64,000 bases of DNA, from contig CAVUDP010000002.1 in NCBI GenBank assembly GCA_963740315.1, positions 448,001 to 512,000 of the forward strand, written 5' to 3'. The notes under the pieces are model-generated. The model worked only from the letters and a program-made list of their open reading frames with translations, had not been told where the DNA came from and did no database searches. The stretch is from an uncultured cyanobacterium. Its GTDB lineage: Bacteria > Cyanobacteriota > Cyanobacteriia > Cyanobacteriales > Nostocaceae. Shown here piece by piece: positions 21,466-32,281 of this stretch. Within the stretch, counting starts at the first letter, position 1; every line of letters starts with the position of its first letter. Made by a program: the position numbers and the translations under genes.

Positions 21466-22833
21466 TTATTGATTTAACCAATCTTGTATTTCCTTAACTA
21501 ACCAATCTATTTCCGCATTATCCAACCCAAGAGAAAAAACATATCTCCTAACATCGGCTTCTATAGAAACGAATGCACGTTTATCATTATCATTATCAAA
21601 ATCAAAATAATCTTTTTTAATATTATTAATTTTAGAAGTTTTACCTCTTCTACTTCCGACAGGTAAAAAAAATAATTTCCATTGCATAATCAAGTCATCC
21701 CGATCTAATTGAAGATAAAAAGTTTCAAAACAAGAAAATAACAGGAGAAAAATAAAAAGAAATAGAAGAAGAGGTACAAATACAAATACAAATAAGTATA
21801 AACTTGTTGGTATTAGTTGAAGAATTATTCGTGTAGTTATTGATAAGATAATAAAGACAACTAACACAAATTTATCCTTACTGTTAATTCCTCGTTTTAG
21901 TATCTTTAATTGCAACAGATTATAAGATTTATTTAATTGAATTCGGCTACTAGGTGGTTTAGAAATTTTATAAGAAGAATGAATAGCAGGACGATTCTTG
22001 TATGAATTATATTGAGAAGAAGAATTAACAGGATTACGACTATTCAAAGCTTTTAATGCTTCAGACGCACTTGTAAATCTATCTGCAATATCCGGCTCGG
22101 TTAACTTTTCAATCCAGCGGATAAAATTAGCGCTCAAACTAACTTTATCTTGAAACTGAATTCGCATCTTTTTTTGCGGTAAATCGGCTGGTATTCTCCC
22201 GGTAGCAAGATGAATTAATGTTGCTCCCAAAGCATACAAATCGGATGCAGTAACTGTTCTACCACCAAATTGTTCGATTGGTGCATAACCATAAGTTCCC
22301 ACCACCGTAAATGTTGCTCCTTGGGCTGCTACGCTATCTTGTACCGCTCCAAAGTCAATTAAATAAACTTTTTTATCTTCACCTAAAATTAAATTACTTG
22401 GTTTAATATCGCGGTGAATAACTTGAGGATTTAATGTGTGTAGATAACAAAGTATTTCTAATACGTCTGTAGCGATTCTTCGTAATTCTTCTTCTGTGAA
22501 TCTTTGTTTTTTCTCAATTAACTGTTTGAGCGATTCACCGGGAATATATTCTTCAACTAAAGCAAACCATTTATTTTTATCTTCAATAGAAAAATAATCT
22601 CGGTATTTGGGAATACGAGGATGAGAAAGCTGTTTGAGAATATCGGCTTCCCGTTCAAATAGCTTTAAATCTTGCCATTGAAACTGCTCTCCAAATGCTA
22701 AAAATTTGAGAATTACTGTTTCTGCTGGCTGAATTGATATATCTTCAGCTAACCAAGTCTGACGACCTGCATTTTGTGCTAACTTTTGTTTTAATTGATA
22801 TCTTTGTTGGAATACTTGTTGTACTTCTAGCAT
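21466..22833 (-). CDS. Membrane-associated Ser/Thr protein kinase
   Basis: HRDIKPSN, DFG, GTYGYAPIEQ, two C-terminal TM helices. Confidence 0.92.
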   Translation of the reverse strand: MLEVQQVFQQRYQLKQKLAQNAGRQTWLAEDISIQPAETVILKFLAFGEQFQWQDLKLFEREADILKQLSHPRIPKYRDYFSIEDKNKWFALVEEYIPGESLKQLIEKKQRFTEEELRRIATDVLEILCYLHTLNPQVIHRDIKPSNLILGEDKKVYLIDFGAVQDSVAAQGATFTVVGTYGYAPIEQFGGRTVTASDLYALGATLIHLATGRIPADLPQKKMRIQFQDKVSLSANFIRWIEKLTEPDIADRFTSASEALKALNSRNPVNSSSQYNSYKNRPAIHSSYKISKPPSSRIQLNKSYNLLQLKILKRGINSKDKFVLVVFIILSITTRIILQLIPTSLYLFVFVFVPLLLFLFIFLLLFSCFETFYLQLDRDDLIMQWKLFFLPVGSRRGKTSKINNIKKDYFDFDNDNDKRAFVSIEADVRRYVFSLGLDNAEIDWLVKEIQDWLNQ

Positions 22834-22963
22834 GAGGAACTATTTTAAATATACTTGTATTAAATAGATTTGTTAAGTATAGTTATATACAAACAATATT
22901 GATTTGTCACTACCTGTAATACTTCAAAACAGAAGACAGATATTCCTAATTACTAATCAATAA

Positions 22964-24904
22964 TTATTGAATTCCCAGCCAAGCTTTCATTTCTTTAATT
23001 AACCAATGAATTTCAGCATCGCTTATCTGAGGAGCAAATGCGCCGAAACTATATTTTTTTACACCGCATTTTACCGTCACCATTGTTAAGTTTTTACTAT
23101 TTACTGAAACATTAGATTCATCTCTAGTAACGTCATGGATCGTCGAGGTTTTCTCTATCTTTGTTTTGTAAGTAAAACCAAATAGCTTCTTTTGAAGAGT
23201 AAAATCATTTCGGTTAAATCTTATATCAAGACTTCCGAAAGCAGTCAATAAAGGCATACTCAAAAATAATAATAATAATCCAGGTATAAAGAAAAATATT
23301 GCAACTTCTGGATTTGAAAGAATTATTGGTCCAGCAATACTAAATATCATGATACAGAGAAATATAAAAGGCAAGTGACCAAACTGTATACCTCGCGGTG
23401 GTAATTTAATTTCTAACTGTTCGTAAGATTGATTTAATTCAATTTTACTTCTAGATGGTTTAGAAGCTGTGAATCTATCTTCAATATCAGCTTCGACTGC
23501 TTTTTCAATCCACTTACGCATAACAGGAGGTAACGATTTTAATGCATCTTCATCCTCCTTTTGTTTATTTTCGGGTAATTCTGAAATACCCAACCAATCA
23601 TTAATTTCTTGAACCAACCAGACTTTCTCAATATCAGCTAATTGAGGACTGAATGCAGCAAAATCATATTTTTCTGCACCGGCTTTTATTAAAATCTTTT
23701 TAAGTGGTTCATCATTGACTGACGTAACAGTAGTTTTTAAAGCAACATTATGAATGGCTGAAGTTTTACCTCTTTTTTTACGATAGGTAAAACCAAATAG
23801 CTTCCATTTTATCTCAAATTCATTTCGGTCAAATTGAATATAACACCCTGTAATCATATTAATAATAATTAATCGAATAGCGAAAAAGAATATGGAGAAT
23901 AATAATACTGGAATTGATTTTGAAAAAATGGCTGCGATCGCAAATAAAAGTATAATAATATCTACAGGTATTAATAATATTGCAAATATTAACCATAGGA
24001 TGTTTTTTCGCGGCGGAATTTTAATTTCTAATTGTTCTTCAGATTTTTCTAAGTTAATTCGGCTAGCGTGGGGTTTGGAAATTTGAGAAGATGAATTAAC
24101 TACAATACCAGTTGTCAAAGAATTTAAAGCAAGAGAAGCACTACTAAATCGATCGTTAATATTTGGCTCGGTTAGCTTTTCAATCCAGCGGATAAAACTA
24201 TCGCTCAAACTAACTTTATCTTCAAACTGAATTCGCATATTATTCTGCGGTAAATCTGCTGGTATTATCCCGGTTGCTAAATGAATTAATGTTGCTCCTA
24301 AAGCATATAAATCGGACGCGGGAACTGTTCTACCACCAAATTGTTCTATGGGCGCATAACCGTAAGTTCCAACTACCGTAAATGTTGTTCCTTTGGCTGC
24401 TGCGTTATCTTGTACCGCTCCAAAGTCAATCAAATAAACTTTTTTATCTCCACCTAACATTTAGTTACTAGGTTTAATATCGCGGTGAATAACTTGGGGA
24501 TTTAGTGTATGTAGATAACAAAGTATTTCTAATACGTCTGTAGCGATTCTTCGTAATTCTTCTTCGGTAAATCTCTGTTTACTTTCGATTAATTGCTTTA
24601 ACGATGAACCGGGAATATGTTCTTGAACTAAAGCAAACCAATTATTCTTATCTTCGATAGAAAAATAATCTCGATATTTAGGAATTCTGGGATGAGAAAG
24701 CTGTTTGAGAATATCGGCTTCCCGTTCAAACAATTTTAAATCTTGCCATTGAAATTGTTCTCCAAATGCCAAAAATTTGAGAATTACTGTTTCTGCTGGT
24801 TGAATTGAGATATCTTCGGCTAACCAAGTTTGACGACCTGCATTTTGTGCTAACTTTTGTTTTAGTTGATATCTTTGTTGGAATATTTGTTGTGCTTCTA
24901 ACAT
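22964..24904 (-). pseudogene. Ser/Thr kinase paralog interrupted by an in-frame TAA at 24461-24463
   Basis: ORFs 24461..24904 and 22964..24460 are contiguous and in frame. They read IKPSN*MLG where the neighbouring paralog reads IKPSNLILG. Confidence 0.85.
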
Positions 24905-25020
24905 GAGGAACTATTTGATAAAACATTATATCTTGTTTATAAATAGCTTATAATAGTTAATTTGTCTTGAGTAATTACCGTAGCTGTTTGAATCTTAAAA
25001 TCATCTGTAAGTAACTAAAT

Positions 25021-26229
25021 ATGTTTTATAAAAATAAAAAAAATATCCTATCTCCTCAACTCGTTCTGATATTAATACTCAATTTTGTCAGCCTTTTCTT
25101 AACTTCCTGGATTATACTTTCCGCACCAACTTTCTTTTTACTAAAATTCGGAGTAGTTGCTCCGGAAATTTGCCCCTGGCTGTTCGGTTTAAATTTAATT
25201 ACTCTAATTTTATCTTTATTATTTATTGCTCAACGTCAATTAAAACGATCGCTCTGTATTTTAAGCTTGATAGGATTGCTGATTTGTAGTTGGGAATTAG
25301 CAAGCATTATACCAACTCAAATGCAGATGAATGCTGCGATGAATCGAGCATTAGGTGCAGACTATCAACAAAAAATTCCAGTTGAAGTAAAAGCAAATAT
25401 GCGAAAGCATCCTTTTGTTTTAGCTGATGTTTTTCGAGGAATTAGCTTACAAAAAACCCGTCATTTAACTAATATTAATTTTGCGACTCCCGCAGGAGTA
25501 CCGTTAAAAATGGAAGTTTATCAACCTGCCAAAGTTGGTAAATATCCAGCGATTGTATTTATTTACGGTGGTGCTTGGCAAAATGGTAATCCATCGGTAA
25601 AACCTGAATTTAATCGATACATGGCGGCTCGTGGATATACTGTATTTGCGATCGATTACCGTCACGCACCAGAATACAAGTTTCCCGCTCAATTAGATGA
25701 TGTCCGCACTGCATTGAATTTCATTCGCGATCGCGCCACCGAATACGAAGCAGATACCGACAAAATGGTATTATTTGGACGCTCCGCTGGCGCTCATTTG
25801 GCAATGCTGGCAGCTTACGAACCCGATGCACCAACAATCCGCGCTGTGGTGAACTATTACGGTCCGGTGAATCTAACTCAAGGATACAACGAACCACCGA
25901 TTCCCGATCCAATTAATTCCCGTGCTGTTTTAGAAGCGTTTCTGGGGGGTTCTCCCCAACAGTTTCCCACGCTGTATAAAACCGCTTCACCGATTAATTA
26001 CGTAGTGCCCGATTTACCACCGAGTTTGCTAATTTACGGAAGTCGCGACCATATTGTAGAAGCAAGATTTGGCAGACAGATGTATGAAAAATTGCGGGTT
26101 AAAAATACGGCTGTTTTTTTAGAAATTCCTTGGGCTGAACATTCTTTTGATAGCATTTTTAACGGTGTGAGCAATCAATTAGCTTTGTATTATACTGAGA
26201 GATTTATTGCTTGGGCGGTTAACAGTTAG
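25021..26229 (+). CDS. Alpha/beta hydrolase (esterase/lipase) with N-terminal TM segments
   Basis: YGGAW oxyanion motif, GRSAG nucleophile, D (RDHIV) and H (AEHSFD). Confidence 0.88.
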   Translation: MFYKNKKNILSPQLVLILILNFVSLFLTSWIILSAPTFFLLKFGVVAPEICPWLFGLNLITLILSLLFIAQRQLKRSLCILSLIGLLICSWELASIIPTQMQMNAAMNRALGADYQQKIPVEVKANMRKHPFVLADVFRGISLQKTRHLTNINFATPAGVPLKMEVYQPAKVGKYPAIVFIYGGAWQNGNPSVKPEFNRYMAARGYTVFAIDYRHAPEYKFPAQLDDVRTALNFIRDRATEYEADTDKMVLFGRSAGAHLAMLAAYEPDAPTIRAVVNYYGPVNLTQGYNEPPIPDPINSRAVLEAFLGGSPQQFPTLYKTASPINYVVPDLPPSLLIYGSRDHIVEARFGRQMYEKLRVKNTAVFLEIPWAEHSFDSIFNGVSNQLALYYTERFIAWAVNS

Positions 26230-26340
26230 CAGTTATCAGTTATCAATTATCAAAGTTCTATATTTACTTATTAAAATTAAAAACGAAATTTTGCTTAGAA
26301 ATACAATTTTTAGTCCGATCGCAAAAGTGCGTTATAACTA

Positions 26341-26558
26341 ACATCTTGCACCAGTGTGAGAAACCGGGTTTATTGCTGGTTGTATAAGGAAATATTCATG
26401 TTTTCACGAATATAAACCCGGTTTCTTTGAGCTTCTTGAGATTAGTAAAAGTTATCAGTAAAAACGCACTAAAAGCCTTTCTTAGTCCTATTTATAGGAC
26501 TTTTGCTATTAGACGGGGAATTGCATTCCTCGGCGGTATTGAAAATAATGCAAGATGT
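26341..26558. mobile_element. MITE-like element with ACATCTTGCA...TGCAAGATGT ends
   Basis: 10-bp inverted termini and an internal AGAAACCGGGTTTAT/ATAAACCCGGTTTCT stem. The same left end (ACATCTTGCACCAGT) occurs at ~50075. Confidence 0.7.
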
Positions 26559-26670
26559 AAGGTTTATCGGACTTTGTATAACCCCCTTGGAATAAATTAC
26601 TATGGGGTCATGGGTGCTAGTTGTAAGTGATGATTTCAAGATATAAAAGGAATAAATTCCTTACTACGAA

Positions 26671-27261
26671 CTAAGATTTCAAATACCCTTTAGCAATACA
26701 GTTTTCAATTTCTGCTAATATAAAATCCCAAAGTTCCGGCGTACCTTCTTCTACAGGTGCCATTCTTTTCATTACTTGACTGCGATTAATATTATGTATT
26801 TTCCAAGTTCCACCTTCGGTTTGTTGATTGTGGAGAAAAGGCTGTATTCTATCTAAAGCTGCCGCAAATTTAGCCGTCGGTGTAACTCTGGCTTCAAATT
26901 CATCCCAAAGTAATCGTAATTCTTTTGCTTGTTCTTCGGGTAATAATCCAAATATTCTAGTTGCTGCTTCTAATTCTCTTTCTGCTTTACTTTCATATCC
27001 CTGCACGTCATAACAAAAGGTATCGCCAGCATCAATTTCTACTAAATCGTGAATTAATGACATTTTCATGGCGCGAAATAAATCGGTTCCTTCGGTTGCG
27101 TATTCGGCTAAAATCATTGTCATGATCGCCAAATGCCAAGAATGTTCGCCGCTGTTTTCTCTACGAGAAGCATCTATTAATAATGTTTGACGCAATACAT
27201 TTTTAAGCTTGTCAATTTCGATGATGAATTGTAATTGTTGTGTGAGTCGGTTTAGTTGCAT
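26671..27261 (-). CDS. HD-domain phosphohydrolase
   Basis: RRENSGEHSWH, IHDLVEIDAGD, ALDR. Start placed at MQLNRL. Confidence 0.88.
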   Translation of the reverse strand: MQLNRLTQQLQFIIEIDKLKNVLRQTLLIDASRRENSGEHSWHLAIMTMILAEYATEGTDLFRAMKMSLIHDLVEIDAGDTFCYDVQGYESKAERELEAATRIFGLLPEEQAKELRLLWDEFEARVTPTAKFAAALDRIQPFLHNQQTEGGTWKIHNINRSQVMKRMAPVEEGTPELWDFILAEIENCIAKGYLKS

Positions 27262-27430
27262 TTTGAGTAATAAATACTGTAAACTTCGGTTTGCTTGTAT
27301 TTCTAAACTATTAGTTATATCAGTCACAGAATATATCACGGTGCGTTGCGCTCCGCGACAACACACCCTACAAAAACAACAATCAAATAGTAATTCTATA
27401 TAATCTAAAATCTAAAATCCAAAATTAATT

Positions 27431-27910
27431 ATGGCTGATATGTTAGTTAAGCTTTATACTTTGCCTTCAGTAGAAGTAGAGATTGCCGCGCAAGATAAGC
27501 AGGGTATAGTTATTAGACGTGCGATCGCGCCGGAAAAAAGTACAATCCTTGCTTGGGTTGAGGAGCGATTTAATACACGCTGGATGAGTGAATGTGACGT
27601 GTCTTTCAAAAATTCACCCCCTAGCTGTTGGATTGCCGTAGAAAACCAGCAAATTCTCGGTTTTGCTTGTTATGAATGCACTTGTAAGAATTTTTTTGGT
27701 CCTATCGGTGTTGGTGAAGCTGCAAGAGGGCGTAAAGTTGGTAAAGCATTGTTATTAGCTTGCTTGCACGATATGCGATCGCAAGGATATGGTTATGCGA
27801 TCGTTGGTGCTGCGAGTGATGGTGTAGCGGATTTTTATCGTAAAACTGTAGGTGCAACAGTTATTGAAGATTCATCACCGGGAATTTATAAGGGGATGTT
27901 ACGAAAATAA
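27431..27910 (+). CDS. GNAT family N-acetyltransferase
   Basis: FGPIGV...RGRKVGKALL acetyl-CoA motif and FYRK. Confidence 0.85.
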   Translation: MADMLVKLYTLPSVEVEIAAQDKQGIVIRRAIAPEKSTILAWVEERFNTRWMSECDVSFKNSPPSCWIAVENQQILGFACYECTCKNFFGPIGVGEAARGRKVGKALLLACLHDMRSQGYGYAIVGAASDGVADFYRKTVGATVIEDSSPGIYKGMLRK

Positions 27911-27992
27911 TTGGTAATTGATTATAATTCCCTACTTCTTACTCCCTACTCCCTACTCCCCACTCCCTACTCCTTATAATTTAACTATATAA

Positions 27993-29036
27993 ATGGAATC
28001 AATTTTAACCAAAATCAGGAATTGGATTGAACAAATTTGGCAATTTTTAGAAACTGAAAATTTTCTTCGTCCGCTTTTAATTATTATTTTAATTATTGCA
28101 ATTAGTTCGTTAAGTTTATCTTTAGTTGAACCAAATCTATCTTTAATTGATAGTTTATGGTGGGCTGTTGTTACCTTAACGACGGTTGGTTATGGTGACG
28201 TTACTCCTAAAACAATTGCCGGACGTTTTATTGCTTTTCTTGATATGCTTGTCGGGATTGGGGTTTTAACTTTACTTACCGCTACAGTTGCCAGTATTTT
28301 AGTAGAAAGAAAAATAAGTAAGGATTTAGGAATGCATTCTTATAACTTTGAAGAACATATCATTTTATGTGAGTGGAATTATCGATCTGAGATAGTTATT
28401 AAAGAGTTACGTATAGAACCTGAAACTGAGAAAACTCCTATAGTTTTAATTTCTGATATCGATAGAAAACCTATAAAAGATAAACATTTATTTTTTGTTA
28501 AAGGCGAGGTTTGCGATGAAACATTGCATCAAGCCAATTTACTGAAAGCGAAAACTGTAATTATTTTAGGTGACGAAAATTTAGACTATAAGCAACGCGA
28601 TGCAAGAGTTATATTATCGACTTTGACAGTAAAAAGTATTAATAATAAAGCTTATACAATTGTCGAACTTATAAATGAAAATAATATTGAGACTTGTAAG
28701 CGGGCTTGCGCTGATGAAATAATTGTCAGCAGTAAATTATCTAGCAATCTTATTTCTAGCTCTGCTATAAATCACGGTATTAGCAGAGTGATTACCGATA
28801 TTGTAACTTATGAATATGGTTCTCAATTATTTAAAAGACTTGTGAGTGAAGCTGAAGAAGGAAAGTTATTTATAGATGTTTTTATGAAAATGAAAAAGGA
28901 TTCTCAAAGTACGGTTATTGCTATTCAGCATGGTAATGAGGGAGAAACCATTTCTAATCCACCTGCTGATTATCAACTTGCGGCTGATGACTATTTAATT
29001 TTTATTGCTACTTACGATAATGATTCTGATAAATAA
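27993..29036 (+). CDS. Potassium channel with RCK (TrkA-N) domain
   Basis: TTVGYGD selectivity filter, two TM helices, then an RCK domain. Confidence 0.92.
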   Translation: MESILTKIRNWIEQIWQFLETENFLRPLLIIILIIAISSLSLSLVEPNLSLIDSLWWAVVTLTTVGYGDVTPKTIAGRFIAFLDMLVGIGVLTLLTATVASILVERKISKDLGMHSYNFEEHIILCEWNYRSEIVIKELRIEPETEKTPIVLISDIDRKPIKDKHLFFVKGEVCDETLHQANLLKAKTVIILGDENLDYKQRDARVILSTLTVKSINNKAYTIVELINENNIETCKRACADEIIVSSKLSSNLISSSAINHGISRVITDIVTYEYGSQLFKRLVSEAEEGKLFIDVFMKMKKDSQSTVIAIQHGNEGETISNPPADYQLAADDYLIFIATYDNDSDK

Positions 29037-29163
29037 AATAAGCTTTAATTAAAAATAGACAAAATATTTGATTTGAACTTTTCAGCAATATTAATGTAAC
29101 ATCTTTGCTTTACAAAGGGTATTTGATAGTGAGATAAAACTTGTGATTGATAAAAGCGTATTT

Positions 29164-29871
29164 TTATGTATGTAGAAAATCGAATTTGCTTGGTATCACA
29201 ATCAACGAAAAATAAGGTACGGTTTCCGCTTCAACTTCATCTACAGACAATATCCTTTGATTCTCCATAGTCGCATTTTCAATATACTTTGCTCTTTCAA
29301 CTAACCCCAATTCTCCCAAAACCTGCTTTACCTTACTAAAATTTCTCCCTAATTTAATAATTACCGCAGCATCTGCAACTTGCAATTTCTCCCGCAAAAC
29401 TTCCCCCGAAAGTATCCCTGAAAGCACTATGAACACATCATTACGGTAAGTCAACGGTACCCCGATGGTTGCAGCACTCGCCATTACTGAAGAAATACCG
29501 GGAATTATCTCTGTTGCATATTTAGGTGAAAGTCTATTGAAAACATACATAAAGCTACCGTAAAAAAACGGATCGCCTTCACACAAGACTGCCACATCTT
29601 TTCCATTATCTAAATGTGCTGCTAATTCCTCGGCAGCTTTATCGTAAAAGGGTTGAGCGGATTTTTCTAATTTAAAAGGTAATACTATCGGCACCTCGAT
29701 TTGATTGCCTTGGAGAAACTCAGCCACAATCGAACGAGCAAAACTATTACCTTCTTCGGAAGCAGGATAAGCAATTACAGCTACAGACTGTAAAATCCGT
29801 AACGCCTTCAAAGTAATTAACTCCGGGTTTCCCGTACCTACACCAACACCGTAGAGACAACCCGAACTCAC
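29164..29871 (-). CDS. cobI: Precorrin-2 C20-methyltransferase
   Basis: LYGVGVGTGNPELITLKA and LCEGDPFFYGSF. The GTG start overlaps the cobH stop (GTGA). Confidence 0.9.
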   Translation of the reverse strand: MSSGCLYGVGVGTGNPELITLKALRILQSVAVIAYPASEEGNSFARSIVAEFLQGNQIEVPIVLPFKLEKSAQPFYDKAAEELAAHLDNGKDVAVLCEGDPFFYGSFMYVFNRLSPKYATEIIPGISSVMASAATIGVPLTYRNDVFIVLSGILSGEVLREKLQVADAAVIIKLGRNFSKVKQVLGELGLVERAKYIENATMENQRILSVDEVEAETVPYFSLIVIPSKFDFLHT

Positions 29872-30491
29872 TGCTCCTCCTGACATAGAGCATTTACCGC
29901 AGCCGATGCGATCGCGCTTCCTCCTCTTCTGCCGTGCAATGTCACAAATGGCACTCCCCGACTATTCGCAGCCAGAGCCGCTTTCGATTCAGCCGCACCC
30001 ACGAAACCTACGGGGAAACCAAGAATCACCGACGGTTTGGGAAATCCGGCATCAAACAATTCTAAAAGATGAAACAAACCTGTTGGAGCATTCCCGATCG
30101 CTACTATTGCTCCTTCTATATCAGGTTCCCACAACTCCACCGCAGCCGCAGAACGAGTATTACCCATTTTCCAAGCCAATTCCGGCACCTGTGGATAATT
30201 CAGCGTACAAATTACGGGATTCTTCGCAGGTAAACGCCGTTGAATGATGCCTTTTGCTACCATCTCGGCATCACACAAAATCGGTTCACCCGCAGCGATC
30301 GCTCTTTTGGCAACAGTTATAGCTTTGGGCGATGCTTGTAAGTCGGTAACAATATCAGTCATGCCGCAACTATGAATTATACGCACTGCCAAGGGTATTA
30401 AATCGGCAGGTAAGTTTTCTAAATTCGCTTCTTCACGAATGATAGAAAAGGAACGATTGTAGATTTCTTTAGGATTGCGGATGTAGTCCAT
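29868..30491 (-). CDS. cobH: Precorrin-8X methylmutase
   Basis: TRSAAA, IGNAPT, PVGFVGAAESK, GRRGGS. Confidence 0.95.
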   Translation of the reverse strand: MDYIRNPKEIYNRSFSIIREEANLENLPADLIPLAVRIIHSCGMTDIVTDLQASPKAITVAKRAIAAGEPILCDAEMVAKGIIQRRLPAKNPVICTLNYPQVPELAWKMGNTRSAAAVELWEPDIEGAIVAIGNAPTGLFHLLELFDAGFPKPSVILGFPVGFVGAAESKAALAANSRGVPFVTLHGRRGGSAIASAAVNALCQEEQ

Positions 30492-30498
30492 TGAGAAT

Positions 30499-30553
30499 AG
30501 TTAGGAGTTAGGAGTTAGGAGTTAGGAGTTAGGAGTTAGGAGTTAGGAGTTAA
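30499..30553. repeat. STRR (GGAGTTA)n
   Basis: Heptamer tandem repeat. Confidence 0.92.
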
Positions 30554-30713
30554 GAATTAAAAAATTAACGATTTTCAAATTTAGAATACCACGAACGCAA
30601 GTACTAAATAGCTCGTAAACTCTTTTACCTTTTACCTTTTACCTATTCCCCATTCCCTATTATCTATTACCCACCGCGAATATAATGTAATCAAAACAAA
30701 CGAACGCACTTTG

Positions 30714-31922
30714 ATGCATAAATGGTTGTCTGTGGTGGGAATTGGTGAGGATGGTTTACCTGGGTTGAGTCAGGTAGCTTCCAAGCTTGTGGAAAAAGCG
30801 GAAGTTTTGGTGGGAGGTACGCGCCATTTATCGATGCTTCCAGAAAACGATACCAGGGAAAAGTTAATTTGGAGTTCTCCCATCGCCACTTCAGTAGAAG
30901 AAATTATTCAGCGTCGCGGAGAATCTGTTTGCATTTTAGCAAGTGGCGATCCGATGTGTTTTGGTATTGGCGTTACTCTCACTCGTCGCATACCCATTGA
31001 AGAAATAACTATTATTCCCGCACCTTCATCTTTCAGTTTGGCTTGTGCGCGTTTGGGATGGGCTTTACAAGAAGTGGAAACCTTAACTTTAGCAGCTCGT
31101 CCGATATCTCTTTTGCATCCGGTAATTTATCCAGGTGCGCGGTTACTGATTCTCAGCGAAGGTAGAAATACTCCGTCGATTGTCGCGCAAACCCTTGTAG
31201 ACAGAGGTTTCGGTAACAGCAAAATTACAGTTTTAGAATATATGGGAGGAGAGCGCGAGCGTATAGTTGAAGGTATTGCTGGTGAATGGGAAACCACCAA
31301 AATCGCCAGCTTAAATACGATCGCAGTCGAATGTATCGCCGATGCAGATATATTGCAGCTTCCCAGAATCGCCGGATTACCAGACATAGCCTATCACCAC
31401 GACGGACAACTTACCAAACGCGAAGTTAGAGCCATAACATTAGCAGCCCTCGCACCCATCCCCGGACAAATGTTGTGGGATATCGGCGCTGGTTGCGGTT
31501 CCATCAGCATAGAATGGATGCGAACTCACCCCCGATGCTGGGCGATCGCGATCGAACAAAATGACTCTCGACTTAATTACATTGCCGATAACGCAGCAAG
31601 TTTAGGCACTCCAAATCTGCGTATAATTCACGGTGAAGCACCAGCCGCATTACAAGGATTAGAGCCTCCCGACGCGATTTTCATCGGCGGTGGTGCAACA
31701 GCAGAAGGAATATTTGATACCTGTTGGCAAGCACTTCGCACCGGCGGACGTTTGGTAGCGAATGCAGTCACGGTAGAAAGCGAACAGAAGTTAATCGAAT
31801 GGCACGATCGAGTTGGCGGAAGTTTAACGCGGATAGCCATACAAAGAGCGCAACCCATAGGTAAATTTTTGGGATGGAAAGCGATGGTACCAGTGACGCA
31901 GTGGGTTGTGGTGAAGGAGTGA
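30714..31922 (+). CDS. cobL: Bifunctional precorrin-6Y C5,15-methyltransferase (CbiE/CbiT, CobL)
   Basis: VVGIGEDG, ASGDPMCFGIG, GQLTKREVR, WDIGAGCGSI. Confidence 0.93.
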   Translation: MHKWLSVVGIGEDGLPGLSQVASKLVEKAEVLVGGTRHLSMLPENDTREKLIWSSPIATSVEEIIQRRGESVCILASGDPMCFGIGVTLTRRIPIEEITIIPAPSSFSLACARLGWALQEVETLTLAARPISLLHPVIYPGARLLILSEGRNTPSIVAQTLVDRGFGNSKITVLEYMGGERERIVEGIAGEWETTKIASLNTIAVECIADADILQLPRIAGLPDIAYHHDGQLTKREVRAITLAALAPIPGQMLWDIGAGCGSISIEWMRTHPRCWAIAIEQNDSRLNYIADNAASLGTPNLRIIHGEAPAALQGLEPPDAIFIGGGATAEGIFDTCWQALRTGGRLVANAVTVESEQKLIEWHDRVGGSLTRIAIQRAQPIGKFLGWKAMVPVTQWVVVKE

Positions 31923-32088
31923 GGGGGATGGGGGAAGGGGGAGATGGGGAGTACTTCGACAAGTCTTACAGTGAGCTACGTCGAACTGCTCAGTAACCTT
32001 TGGGGGGATGGGGAGACAAGGGGATAAGCAATATATCTCAAGCGAGGAAGATGTATGTCCTTGCGGACACGCTGCGCTAACACACTAC

Positions 32089-32218
32089 TAAGTAGGTAGG
32101 CGTAATTAAATGTAAGATGTCATTGCGAGGAACGAAGCAATCCCAGTCACTGCGATTGCTATGTCGTTCCTGCTCGCAATGACCGAGCGTATTATATTTA
32201 TTTATACTCACTTACTTA
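32089..32218. mobile_element. MITE-like element carrying a GTCATTGCGAG...CTCGCAATGAC hairpin
   Basis: Inverted ends TAAGTAGGTAGGCGTAATTAAAT / ATTTATTTATACTCACTTACTTA. Internal REP-like stem at 32119-32183. Confidence 0.75.
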
Positions 32219-32281
32219 ATTGAAATTAAATATTTATTAATTCTAAATCCCCTGCGGCCCTGCGGCCCAATTCCCATTCTT

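Noticed and set aside
26427..26630. 67-aa ORF
   Set aside because: Lies largely within a MITE-like element and has a weak TTG start.
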